IMG/VR virus record: IMGVR_UViG_3300031732_000074
Location: 1-38,391 of that record
Length of the DNA stretch: 38,391 nt
From: a virus
Lineage: Duplodnaviria > Caudoviricetes
Direction: 5' to 3' (one strand)
Part shown: positions 1 to 8,104 of the stretch, one piece after another
How positions within the stretch are numbered: position 1 is the first letter of the stretch
How the letters are laid out: each line of letters opens with the position of its first letter
Position numbers and translations under genes: made by a program
The notes under the pieces: generated by a model
The model's database searches: none
Seen by the model: the letters and a program-made list of their open reading frames with translations, nothing else
Told to the model about the DNA's origin: nothing

Positions 1-63
1 GAGGGCGATACGACTCGGGTCCGTTCGCGCCCCGCTTACACGGGGGAAGTCGTAGTGTGCCAT
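1..63 (-). CDS. 5' part of a gene running off the window (MAHYDFPRVSGARTDPSRIAL...)
   Basis: ATG at 63 in the CCGACT-ATGGCACA context also seen at 7293 and 16807; TATA-like GATAGTTTTA at 164-174; directly downstream of TerL. Confidence 0.45.
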   Translation of the reverse strand, partial: MAHYDFPRVSGARTDPSRIAL

Positions 64-224
64 AGTCGGGCGTTCTCTCCCGTCGGGACCCTACGGCGGA
101 CCGCGGGGTTCCCTTCGGGGTCCCCCTCGTCGGGAGACATGTCTACTACGGACGGGTAGGTGATAAAACTATCGCCACGCTAACGCCCGCTGTATGCCGT
201 TTCTGGATTTGTCGGGTGTAAGAA

Positions 225-1742
225 TCAGGCCGTTTCGACCGAACTCCCCTCGTCGGACTCGACCGTTTTCTCGTCATAGCCAAAAATCAGGTAGCGGAGA
301 CTGTCTAACGCATGGTCGTCCGCGTTCGACCCGCCTACGTCCTTCTCTTTGTACGTCTGAAACTCCGAGATAAGGTTCGGACAGGCGTCCGAAACGAGGA
401 GGCCGACACGTCCCGTCGAGTCCGTCCCGAGACGACGACGAACAGCGGAGATACCCGGGTCGAGACTCTTGTCCGCCTGTATCGCCCGGTAGCCCGCCTT
501 CCTGAACTTCCGAATGTCCGAGGGTTCGTGTTCCGCCCACATGACGCCCTTCGGCTTTCTGTCCTCGTCGGGGAGACTCCCGCGAAGCCACTTCACCGCC
601 TTCTCAACGTGGGACTCCGACTCGTAGAACTCGTTCAGGACCACTATCTGTCCGTAGGGCGTTCGCCCACAGGCGAGGACGACCCGGGCGTCCCCCCATC
701 CCGCGTCGTATCCGTAGAGGCGGAACCCGTCCTCAACGACCTCCCGGGCCTCCGTCTCCGAGAGAACGTGGTCCGACCGGCGGAACCCACGGTAGACGAG
801 TCCTTTCGCCGCCGCGTAGCCGCCGTAGAGTCCCTGTTCCTCTAAGTGCGTCCCGGCGTACTGTCGTCGGAGTTTCCGTTTCGTCGCGGGCGTGATGAAC
901 GGGTTCCGCTGGTTCGACATGCGGACGACCCGGATGTTCTCGTTTAGGTCCGTCTCCTCCTCGCCCCGGGTGTCCTTCCGGCGTTCCATAATGTCGTAGC
1001 ACTCGTTATACCCGTTCCCCGTGAACGTCCACAACTGAACAGCGGGCGGTCCTGCCGAGAGACGGGACCCTATCATGTCCTTGATGCTGTAGAGGTCGTC
1101 GCCGTAGAGGGAGGGTTCGTCCAACCACGCCCCGTAGAACTCGTCGCCGGCATGCCGCCCGGGGTCGTCGGCACTCCCGAGGACTATCTGTGTGTCGTTA
1201 ACGAGGGTGAGAACCATGTCCTGTCGGTTGAAGTCCTGAACGATAGGCGAGTTCTCCGGGCCGTTGTAGTTCGACGTGAGGACGTGGGTTCTCTCCCCGG
1301 GGAGGTTCTGGTAGAGGACCTTATACGTCGTCTTTTTCGCCTTTGCGAAGTCCTGTCCCATGCACAACCACCGGGACCCCGGAACGCGTAGGGCACTCTC
1401 TATTAACCACCGGGACCCGACGAACGACTTTCCCGACCGGAAGCCGCCCAACGCGCCCACTATGTCGTAGCCGTCCTCGGGGAGGTCGGTGTCTATCCAG
1501 TCCCCGGTGAGTTCGTGGTAGAGGGTGTTCAGACGGGTGCGTTCCTCTCGGGGTTGATTCAGGTGATACAGGAGGCGGACCTGTTCGGACCAAAACTCGT
1601 AGCGGAGGCGGCCCCGACCGCGGACGCCCGACGGGTTCGGTTCCCACCGTAGCCCCTCGACCTCTCCCTCCGGTCGTATCCCGCCGGCCGCCCCGCCCGC
1701 GTCGCCGTCGTCGCCCCCGTAGCCGTAAGCGGATGAACTCAT
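225..1742 (-). CDS. terL: terminase large subunit
   Basis: Walker A GGFRSGKS, Walker B WLDEP, motif III FTGN, RNase H-like nuclease acidic motifs YGYDAGWGD and DDHALDSLRY. Confidence 0.95.
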   Translation of the reverse strand: MSSSAYGYGGDDGDAGGAAGGIRPEGEVEGLRWEPNPSGVRGRGRLRYEFWSEQVRLLYHLNQPREERTRLNTLYHELTGDWIDTDLPEDGYDIVGALGGFRSGKSFVGSRWLIESALRVPGSRWLCMGQDFAKAKKTTYKVLYQNLPGERTHVLTSNYNGPENSPIVQDFNRQDMVLTLVNDTQIVLGSADDPGRHAGDEFYGAWLDEPSLYGDDLYSIKDMIGSRLSAGPPAVQLWTFTGNGYNECYDIMERRKDTRGEEETDLNENIRVVRMSNQRNPFITPATKRKLRRQYAGTHLEEQGLYGGYAAAKGLVYRGFRRSDHVLSETEAREVVEDGFRLYGYDAGWGDARVVLACGRTPYGQIVVLNEFYESESHVEKAVKWLRGSLPDEDRKPKGVMWAEHEPSDIRKFRKAGYRAIQADKSLDPGISAVRRRLGTDSTGRVGLLVSDACPNLISEFQTYKEKDVGGSNADDHALDSLRYLIFGYDEKTVESDEGSSVETA

Positions 1743-1793
1743 ACCGCGGAGTTGCGACTACGAGGTGAAGACTGTTCGGGAGGGAAGGGCGGC

Positions 1794-2150
1794 TTAGTTC
1801 TGTTCGAGGTAGTCGGTCATAGGAACGACCTCGACCTCGTAGTCCGGCAGGGACTCGTTCAGGAACCGCCGGAAAAGACGCTGGCCGTGGACCGTCGGGA
1901 CGTGTTCCATGCGGATAACCGTGTTCTCGACGCCCTCGGGGTAGTCGAGGACGAGGACGTAGGTTCGTTCCGAGTCGGCCGCGTCGGTGAACTCCTCGGA
2001 GAAGTATAGGCGGGCCTCCGCGGGCGGCTTCTCCTGAACGTCCTCGGGGACGAGTGACCGGACGGACCCGATAACGTAGTCGTCCGGCGCGTCGTCGCGG
2101 TTCAGGGGTTCGTAATCAATCCCGCCGTCGTTGGTGGCGTTCTGTGCCAT
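1794..2150 (-). CDS. hypothetical protein with MAQN start
   Basis: Acidic 118 aa ORF with its own TATA-like promoter. Confidence 0.8.
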   Translation of the reverse strand: MAQNATNDGGIDYEPLNRDDAPDDYVIGSVRSLVPEDVQEKPPAEARLYFSEEFTDAADSERTYVLVLDYPEGVENTVIRMEHVPTVHGQRLFRRFLNESLPDYEVEVVPMTDYLEQN

Positions 2151-2189
2151 ACCCTACTATTGTGCGTGGGGGATAATAAAGATACCGGA
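2139..2189 (-). promoter_or_regulatory. repeated promoter/start cassette (GGTATC-TTTATTAT-N22-ATGGCACAGAAC)
   Basis: 24 bp identical to 7910-7933 and 16 bp identical to 9377-9392; spacing fits a leaderless haloarchaeal transcript. Confidence 0.8.
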
Positions 2190-2365
2190 GGCTAATAGAC
2201 TGTCCTCCTCAACGCCCCGTCGAGTCTCTATAGTGGCATGTGATTTATGGCCGCGGGAAGGTGTCCCGGGCGGGTGTTCTGTGGGGGTAGATAGACGGAT
2301 AAAATATCTTATCCCGCTATCTACGTCCCCCGAACGCCTCGTCCGCCTACCCTCCCCGGCCGCCC

Positions 2366-2707
2366 CTACATGTCCGTCCACGTCTCGGGTTCCTCGCCTG
2401 CCTCCACCGTCTCGTAGCCGCCCTCTATCGCCGCGTCACATGTCGAACAGACGGCCGGCGGCCGGCCCGCCTCGTCCCTCTCGTCGTCCTGAACGGTCCG
2501 CCCGCACTCGGGACAGTCCCACAGGTAGCCGCACTCGCCGCACTCGGCGGGTTCATCCTGTGCGGGTTCGAGATACGGTATCTGATTCCGGCAGGACGGA
2601 CAGACGCGCGTTCGGTGGGTCGTCCCGCCGCCGTGTCGTTCCTCCCGGGCGCGGCGCGTCCGGTCCCGGCGGTCCTCCCCGCCGGCCCCTCGTCGTTCTC
2701 GCGCCAT
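2366..2707 (-). CDS. double zinc-ribbon protein
   Basis: CPSC, CGEC, CPEC, CSTC motifs; start overlaps the upstream stop. Confidence 0.75.
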   Translation of the reverse strand: MARERRGAGGEDRRDRTRRAREERHGGGTTHRTRVCPSCRNQIPYLEPAQDEPAECGECGYLWDCPECGRTVQDDERDEAGRPPAVCSTCDAAIEGGYETVEAGEEPETWTDM

Positions 2708-2940
2708 TAGTATCCGACCACCTCGCCGCCGGACAGTAGGGAGTCCGTCGCGCGGTCCTCCGCGGTCCGGTCCGGGTGGTCGCCCTGTTCGAGGAGGCGT
2801 TCTACGTCGGCCTCGAACGCGTCGAGGTCGTAGTCCGGGAGGTCGTCCGACAGGTAACGGGCCTTCGCGCCCTCAACGGTTTGGGCGCGGTCGTATCGGG
2901 GGTCATACTCCGGCGTCGCCGCGGTCCGGGCGGCGACCAC
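2707..2940 (-). CDS. hypothetical protein
   Basis: Acidic C-terminal part of ORF 2707-3036; GTG at 2940 follows the stop of the upstream gene. Confidence 0.6.
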   Translation of the reverse strand: MVAARTAATPEYDPRYDRAQTVEGAKARYLSDDLPDYDLDAFEADVERLLEQGDHPDRTAEDRATDSLLSGGEVVGY

Positions 2941-2941
2941 G

Positions 2942-3214
2942 CTACGCGACCTCCGCGCCGGCCGCGTTCTCCTCGGGACAGTCCCCGAGATACAGCGGCG
3001 TCGGCGGCCCCCACAGGAACCTATGTCGGTTCCCACAGACGGGACACTCGTAGACGGCTACGCGGTCCGTCTGTATCCACTCGTCCGGTTCCGTCCCCTC
3101 CGTGGCGATACGCGTCTCGTCGCGTTTGCCGTCCGCCAACGGACAGTAGAGGGCGACCGTCGCCGTCTCCTCTCGCCCCCGGACGAGTCGGGCCGCCCAC
3201 TCGCGGAGGGTCAT
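2942..3214 (-). CDS. small CPxCG-type zinc-finger protein
   Basis: YECPVCGNRHRF motif; ATGA overlap with the upstream gene. Confidence 0.7.
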   Translation of the reverse strand: MTLREWAARLVRGREETATVALYCPLADGKRDETRIATEGTEPDEWIQTDRVAVYECPVCGNRHRFLWGPPTPLYLGDCPEENAAGAEVA

Positions 3215-3489
3215 GCGGTGGCCTCCTCCCCTCTCGGGTCGTCCCGGTGGCCGACCGGCGGTAGCATGTTCTCGTTACAGACGGGACAGACGGGATACCC
3301 GCCGTCGTCGTTCTCGACTATCCACTCCGGGCCGACGCGGGACCGACACGCGTAGCACAGGACGCCCTTCGCCTTGTTGAGACGGTCGTGTTCGAGGGCG
3401 CGGCCTTTCCACGACCCGACGAGGAAGCCGACGAGATACCCGAATAGGACGCCCCCGAACGCGACGAGTAACGTCCCGAATAGACTCAC
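3211..3489 (-). CDS. membrane-anchored zinc-finger protein
   Basis: GTG start overlapping the upstream TGA; N-terminal hydrophobic helix; CYAC...CPVC. Confidence 0.65.
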   Translation of the reverse strand: MSLFGTLLVAFGGVLFGYLVGFLVGSWKGRALEHDRLNKAKGVLCYACRSRVGPEWIVENDDGGYPVCPVCNENMLPPVGHRDDPRGEEATA

Positions 3490-3686
3490 TCGAACCCACC
3501 CCGGCGATACCGACGGTGGCCGGTCGGCCGCCGCCCCCGACGTTCCGCCCGGAACAGGCGGATAATCAGGTAGACCGCGGCGGCGAACCCGAGGACGAAC
3601 CCCGTCGCGCCGCCGCCTACCAGATAGTGCCATTCTTTGAACGTCGAAGCGAACTCGTTGAGGAGGCGTTGAGGCGTCGTGTTCAT
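3486..3686 (-). CDS. small membrane protein (MNTTPQRLL...)
   Basis: One hydrophobic helix plus basic tail; ATGA coupling. Confidence 0.65.
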   Translation of the reverse strand: MNTTPQRLLNEFASTFKEWHYLVGGGATGFVLGFAAAVYLIIRLFRAERRGRRPTGHRRYRRGGFE

Positions 3687-3853
3687 GCGAACCGCCTCCC
3701 GATGGAACTTTTCCACGCATGCCGGCACTCCCGAGAACAGAAAACAGCGTCGTAGCCGTTCGCCCGAACCGCATCCGAGGCGGGTATGTCGTCGCCGCAC
3801 TCCGAACAGGCGTCGTTGAGGAGGCGCGTTCGGTCCATAGCGTCGCCGGTCAT
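3683..3853 (-). CDS. 56 aa TRASH/MYM-like zinc-finger protein (not in ORF track)
   Basis: Hand translation MTGDAMDRTRLLNDACSECGDD...VFCSRECRHAW; ATGA coupling at both ends. Confidence 0.7.
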   Translation of the reverse strand: MTGDAMDRTRLLNDACSECGDDIPASDAVRANGYDAVFCSRECRHAWKSSIGRRFA

Positions 3854-4269
3854 GCGTTCCCCCCGTCGGCGTCCACGTCGTCGAGAGGCGGGTCCGAGAG
3901 TCCGAGAACAGCGGAGAGTTCACGGGCGAACTCAACGCCCCGTTCCCATGCCTCCGGGTCGAGGTCGTCCTGTCCGGCGACGTGGACGCCCGTCACTTCG
4001 ACCTCGCCCTCGGACGCCTCGGTAATGACCTGAACGCCGTCGGGCGTCACGGAGTCGTAGAACCGGAAGGCGTCCAAATCCTCGGGGTCGGCGGGGACGT
4101 AGGTCTTCCCGAATATCTCGGGCTTCACCGGATAGCGTTCCCCGTGGACGCCGCGGAGAATCACGTCGCCCGGGTCCGCCTCTATGAACCCCTCCGGCGT
4201 CTCGACCTCTTTCGTCTCCTCGACCTGTTCCTCTACCGCTATCTCGACGGGGAGTTTCCTAAATCGCAT
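3850..4269 (-). CDS. phage protein, PGDYG-like family
   Basis: FRKLPVEI...TPEG...ADPGDVILRGVHGERYPVKPEIFGKTY pattern. Confidence 0.75.
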   Translation of the reverse strand: MRFRKLPVEIAVEEQVEETKEVETPEGFIEADPGDVILRGVHGERYPVKPEIFGKTYVPADPEDLDAFRFYDSVTPDGVQVITEASEGEVEVTGVHVAGQDDLDPEAWERGVEFARELSAVLGLSDPPLDDVDADGGNA

Positions 4270-4370
4270 TATCTGTCAACACTATAGAGAGGTATGAAGC
4301 CCGGGCGTTTTTCCCCTCGACCCGCCTCCGTCTGCGTGTGACCAATTTTGACATGTGTGTCCTGTGTCAT
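4269..4370 (-). CDS. 33 aa micro-ORF (MTQDTHVKIG...)
   Basis: Fills the gap exactly; TAATG overlap with the next gene; start ATGACACAGGAC resembles the MAQN motif. Confidence 0.4.
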   Translation of the reverse strand: MTQDTHVKIGHTQTEAGRGEKRPGFIPLYSVDR

Positions 4371-4372
4371 AG

Positions 4373-5026
4373 TTATGCGTTCTCCTCCGTCGCCCCATCA
4401 ACGAGTTCGGGCGGCTTGTCCCGGTCGGGCATGTCGTCGAGGTCGTCTAACTCCTCGGGGGCGACCCCGGCGACTTCGACGGCGACCTGTCGTAGCCCGC
4501 CCTCAACGACCGCCTCGGAGTCCTCCCGCTTATCGGGGTCTTTCCACTCGGTCCGACCGCGGCGGGCGAGGGTGTCTACCCACATGCGGTAGAACTTCGC
4601 CGCCCCGGTGTAGTTCGGCGGTTTCTCTATCACCTCTATGGTCCCGTCGGGCTTCATTTTCTTCTCCTCGGTCGGGGTGAGGAGGTCGCGTAGCCCCTTC
4701 TCGAAGATAGTTTGCCCGATAAGGTCTATCCGGTCGTCGTCGAGGTCGTCGGTTAGGAACTCCGTCAGGACCTCTTTGTCCCGGTGGAGGGTGGACTTAC
4801 TCTTGTCGAACCGGCGGGCTAACTCGGACCAATTCACTAAGTCCGGGTGGCCGCGTTCGAGGAGTTCGTTCTGTAGTATCCACGCCCGGCGGTGGGTGTA
4901 GTGCCATTCCGATAGCGGCGTCCCCTCGTCCCACTCTATCATGCGGTAGTCGTGGTCCGACCCCGAGGACCCGGCGGCCTCTTTCTGGTTATCCGGCGGG
5001 TCCGGCATGTCGCTACCGTCGGTCAT
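4373..5026 (-). CDS. HTH protein, putative terminase small subunit
   Basis: HTH NWSELARRFDKSKSTLHRD followed by a helical region; upstream of TerL; start re-assigned to ATG 5026. Confidence 0.55.
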   Translation of the reverse strand: MTDGSDMPDPPDNQKEAAGSSGSDHDYRMIEWDEGTPLSEWHYTHRRAWILQNELLERGHPDLVNWSELARRFDKSKSTLHRDKEVLTEFLTDDLDDDRIDLIGQTIFEKGLRDLLTPTEEKKMKPDGTIEVIEKPPNYTGAAKFYRMWVDTLARRGRTEWKDPDKREDSEAVVEGGLRQVAVEVAGVAPEELDDLDDMPDRDKPPELVDGATEENA

Positions 5027-5211
5027 AGGCCGACCGCCCTCCGTAGCCGTCCGAGGAGTCCCGGTCGCCGCGGTCGTGTCCTCTCCGAACAGGTCCGCCC
5101 GTGGAGGAGTTCGCCGTTTCTCTCGACGACGTGAGTGTAATATCTGTGCGTGCGGTCGTGCGTTCGGGCTACGTCGCCGCCCCACTCACAGACGGGACAC
5201 CCGTCGTTCAT
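5023..5211 (-). CDS. small Cys/His protein (MNDGCPVC...)
   Basis: CPVC...H...C; ATGA coupling on both sides. Confidence 0.6.
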   Translation of the reverse strand: MNDGCPVCEWGGDVARTHDRTHRYYTHVVERNGELLHGRTCSERTRPRRPGLLGRLRRAVGL

Positions 5212-5597
5212 AACGGCCGGTCCTCGAACTTCCCTACGTCGAGTAACTGTTTCGCCGCGGCATGTCGGATACAGCGGGAACAGAACCGCCGGAGGTCGTC
5301 GCCCTCGTCGGCGGGTAACTCCTCGTCGGGAACGTCCGCGTACTCGGAGACGGTTCCGCACAGGGCTTTATCGGCGTCCTCCGAGGCGGTCCCTTCGGCC
5401 TGTCGGCCGCGTACCAGCATGGACGGCGGGAGGCCGGTCGCTACGATGTGGATTTTCTCGCCGTGGGGCGTCTCCTGAAACTCGTAGTTCTCCGGGTCCC
5501 GGAGGTCCCGGAGTCGGTCATGTCCCCCGACCTCAACACCGCCGCCGTCGGGGAGAACGGTGGCGTCTGGTTCAGTTCGACGCTGTTTATGAACCAT
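5208..5597 (-). CDS. hypothetical protein, probably Zn-binding
   Basis: H...ALCG...CSRC; promoter-like CCGATACCTTTT at 5626-5637. Confidence 0.7.
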   Translation of the reverse strand: MVHKQRRTEPDATVLPDGGGVEVGGHDRLRDLRDPENYEFQETPHGEKIHIVATGLPPSMLVRGRQAEGTASEDADKALCGTVSEYADVPDEELPADEGDDLRRFCSRCIRHAAAKQLLDVGKFEDRPL

Positions 5598-5639
5598 ATA
5601 ACAATAGTGTCTCGTTACCCTCGGGAAAAGGTATCGGAC

Positions 5640-6200
5640 GGAACGGTAGGGAGGGGTTACAGGGAGGCGGGTATCTGTGGCGTCGTCTCTCGGGCGTCTG
5701 TGCGGCGTCGTGTGGGCGTCGAACGGAGAGAGGTATCAGGCGGCGCGTTCGCCCCGTGGCGCGGAGAGACGGTGACGTGTCGGTGAGAGTGTGGTCGTAT
5801 GGAAACGTGCGGCGTTACCAGCGGGATTGTCCCGGGGTCGCGTCCCGAGAGGACCCGGGGGGAGTGGGGTCGTCGGGGCGAGGGTCCGGGGTCCCGCTGT
5901 TAGCCGCCCGCGTGTTGGGGTTCTCGTCGCCGTCGGGGTCCTGTATGGGACGCTACTGTCCTTGCGGTTTTCACTCGGACGCCTTCGGGACTCCGTGTAG
6001 CCTGCGGGTCCGGGGATTCACGGGGACCGTCGTTCCCGCTGGTATGTCGGACCGTTTCTTGATACGGCCCTCGGGCGGTGGTCGGGGTCCCATCCCGGAC
6101 GAGGGTTGTGTTATCACCCCATCCCGGGGAGACGCGGCCTCCCGTTACGGCCCTCCGCGACCGTGAAAAGCGGTCCATCATCATGCGAAGGGGTCGCACA
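5640..6200 (-). ncRNA. candidate large structured non-coding RNA
   Basis: TATA-like TTTTTA at 6224-6229, 5' hairpin at the predicted start, many stems, 11 bp long-range inverted repeat, no acidic ORF. Confidence 0.4.
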
Positions 6201-6256
6201 GGAGGGAGGTGTTAGGGAGAGGGTAAAAAGGTCCGTATCGGTGTCCGCTGGTTCGG

Positions 6257-6466
6257 CTACGGTTCGTCCTCAACGACCGCGGCGGCGTCCTGAACGGCCT
6301 CGACGAACGCCTGAACGTCCTCGGGGTACACGTCGAGGCGTTCTATCGGGGTTCGCATGGGGTCTAAGGTTATCTCGACGGCGTGGGGCGTCCCGCGAAC
6401 GATAATGTCCGACGAGGACGCCGGGGACTCAACGCGTTTCTCTACCTCTACGTCGTCTCGGGTCAT
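6257..6466 (-). CDS. hypothetical protein (MTRDDVEVEK...)
   Basis: Acidic 69 aa ORF; ATGA coupling. Confidence 0.7.
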   Translation of the reverse strand: MTRDDVEVEKRVESPASSSDIIVRGTPHAVEITLDPMRTPIERLDVYPEDVQAFVEAVQDAAAVVEDEP

Positions 6467-6579
6467 GCGTAGCCCCCGTGGAATCCGTGGCCGCACTCGG
6501 GACAGTAGTTCCCGAGTTCGTCGGGGTCCGAGTTGGCCGTGAACTCGTTGCCACAGGCGGGACATTTGAGGCGGGTCAT
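6463..6579 (-). CDS. 38 aa CPxCG zinc-finger micro-protein (not in ORF track)
   Basis: MTRLKCPACGNEFTANSDPDELGNYCPECGHGFHGGYA; coupled on both sides. Confidence 0.75.
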   Translation of the reverse strand: MTRLKCPACGNEFTANSDPDELGNYCPECGHGFHGGYA

Positions 6580-6887
6580 GCGGTCGGCCCTCCGTCGGCT
6601 ACCTGAACGACGCCGGGGACCTGATTACGGACGACGCGGGGGACGTGTGAGAGGTCGAACGAGGCGACGGCTTCGGCGTCCTCGGTGGGCGTCTCGACCT
6701 CGGACCACTCGAACATGGTGTAGGCGTCGCCGCGGGCGACCGTCTCGGTGTCGGCGGCGGTGACGGCCCGGAGTCGGGCGCGGAAGTGGGTCCCGCCGAC
6801 GCTGTAGAGAACGCACAGTCCGCCGATACCGCGGCGGTTGTCCGTGATACCGTGAACGTCGGTCGGGACCGCGCTATCTATCGGCAT
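6576..6887 (-). CDS. hypothetical protein
   Basis: Acidic ORF tightly packed in the operon. Confidence 0.7.
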   Translation of the reverse strand: MPIDSAVPTDVHGITDNRRGIGGLCVLYSVGGTHFRARLRAVTAADTETVARGDAYTMFEWSEVETPTEDAEAVASFDLSHVPRVVRNQVPGVVQVADGGPTA

Positions 6888-6888
6888 A

Positions 6889-7293
6889 TCAGGCGTCCTC
6901 CTCGTTCAGGACCTCAACGGTCGTCTCCTCGGGGTCGTCGTGGCGTCGGTTGAGTTCCGAGACGTGTCGCCACGTTCCACGGGGCGTCCGTTTCAGGGTC
7001 CCGAGGTGACGACGAATAGGCGGGTCGTTTCGGTGAGATTCAACGCGGCTATCCAGTTGGTCCCGGACGGAGGTTCGGTAGCCCATGTCGCCGTGGTCGA
7101 ACATGAAGCCGTTCACATGAACCTCCTCGACTACGCCCTCTCGGGACTGTTCGGTGTGCGTCTGTCCCGATTTGTAGTGGACGCGAACCTCGTCGCCTTC
7201 CGATACCGCCGGGAGTTGTACGTAGTCCCGTTCGTAGCCGTTCTGTGCGTCGTCGTCGTTCCCGCGGTCGCGGGGAGTGTCGTTCTGTGCCAT
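6889..7293 (-). CDS. hypothetical protein with MAQN start, possible SH3-like barrel
   Basis: VSEGDEVRVHY...REGVVEEV; starts ATGGCACAGAAC. Confidence 0.75.
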   Translation of the reverse strand: MAQNDTPRDRGNDDDAQNGYERDYVQLPAVSEGDEVRVHYKSGQTHTEQSREGVVEEVHVNGFMFDHGDMGYRTSVRDQLDSRVESHRNDPPIRRHLGTLKRTPRGTWRHVSELNRRHDDPEETTVEVLNEEDA

Positions 7294-7374
7294 AGTCGGT
7301 CGGTGGGGACCTCCTACGTCCCGCCCCGTTCGCGTCGGTCACGAACGGGGTTTCGAGAGGAAAGAGGTCGCCGT

Positions 7375-7917
7375 TCAGTCCTGAATATACTCGAAGGCGA
7401 ACCCGTTCACCCACTCGAAGTAACCCGAGTTCAGGCGGGACTCAACGCCCTCCGGGTAGTTCTCGTAGTGACCGTCGTCGCCCGCCTCGGAGTGGAAAAA
7501 CGCCTCCCGCGTCTGTTGGTCCTGAAACCCGAGGGTAAAGACGACGCCGTAGGGGTCGCCGTGAGGGTTCGTCCCGTAGTCGCCGCGGTCCCACAGGGTC
7601 GGTTCGTCGGCAAAGTAGACGCCCTTCCCCGCGGCGAGGAAGTCGCGGAACGTCTCCTCAACGACGCGGCGGACGTGAGACGCCGTAGGCGAGAGGTTGC
7701 CGTCGGACTTGACCTCGACGCCCTCGAACGCCTCCGCCTCCTCCTGTGCCTCCTGTTCCATGCGGGCGGTCGCCTCCTCAACCGCCTCGGAAAGACAGGA
7801 GTCGCACATGTGGCCGATAACAGCGTCTCCCTCGGGGAGAGTGAGTTCCTGAACGTTCTCGGTGGTCCCGCACTCGTCGCACTCGTCCGCGTTCGCCGCG
7901 TGGCTGTTTTGTGCCAT
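7375..7917 (-). CDS. hypothetical protein with MAQN start and N-terminal Zn finger
   Basis: CDEC...CDSC; acidic; own promoter. Confidence 0.8.
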   Translation of the reverse strand: MAQNSHAANADECDECGTTENVQELTLPEGDAVIGHMCDSCLSEAVEEATARMEQEAQEEAEAFEGVEVKSDGNLSPTASHVRRVVEETFRDFLAAGKGVYFADEPTLWDRGDYGTNPHGDPYGVVFTLGFQDQQTREAFFHSEAGDDGHYENYPEGVESRLNSGYFEWVNGFAFEYIQD

Positions 7918-7954
7918 ACCCTACTATTGTGCGCGGGCGATAATAAAGGTATCG
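7906..7954 (-). promoter_or_regulatory. repeated promoter/start cassette
   Basis: CGATACC-TTTATTAT-N22-ATGGCACAAAAC. Confidence 0.8.
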
Positions 7955-7976
7955 CATGATAACAGGAGATAGCCTG

Positions 7977-8102
7977 TTAGTAGACGACCTCGGCGTATCG
8001 GCCCGCCTCCGCGTCGTCACACTCGGGACAGGCGTCCGGGGCAACGTCGGGCGGCCCGGTCCACGAACACCCACAGGCATAGAACCGTTCGGCCGTCGGC
8101 AT
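7977..8102 (-). CDS. 41 aa rubredoxin-like zinc-finger micro-protein (not in ORF track)
   Basis: MPTAERFYACGCSWTGPPDVAPDACPECDD... Confidence 0.65.
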   Translation of the reverse strand: MPTAERFYACGCSWTGPPDVAPDACPECDDAEAGRYAEVVY

Positions 8103-8104
8103 GC

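Noticed and set aside
225-1742. Intein or intron in TerL
   Set aside because: Normal length and no C/S...HN splice motifs or homing endonuclease motifs
6045-6199. Group II intron-like GUGCG start and a D5-like hairpin GGGCCGUAU...ACGGUCC; C-box-like AUGAUGA
   Set aside because: The hairpin is too short and too near the 5' end, there is no D6, RT or interrupted gene, and no nearby D box
5900-6199. 99 aa GTG-start ORF at the predicted transcription start
   Set aside because: Basic, low-complexity composition unlike the acidic proteome; not fully excluded
5150-7959. Long plus-strand ORFs (5150-6166, 6940-7959) and similar antisense or off-frame ORFs throughout
   Set aside because: Arg/Val/Pro-rich shadows of acidic minus-strand genes, expected at this GC content
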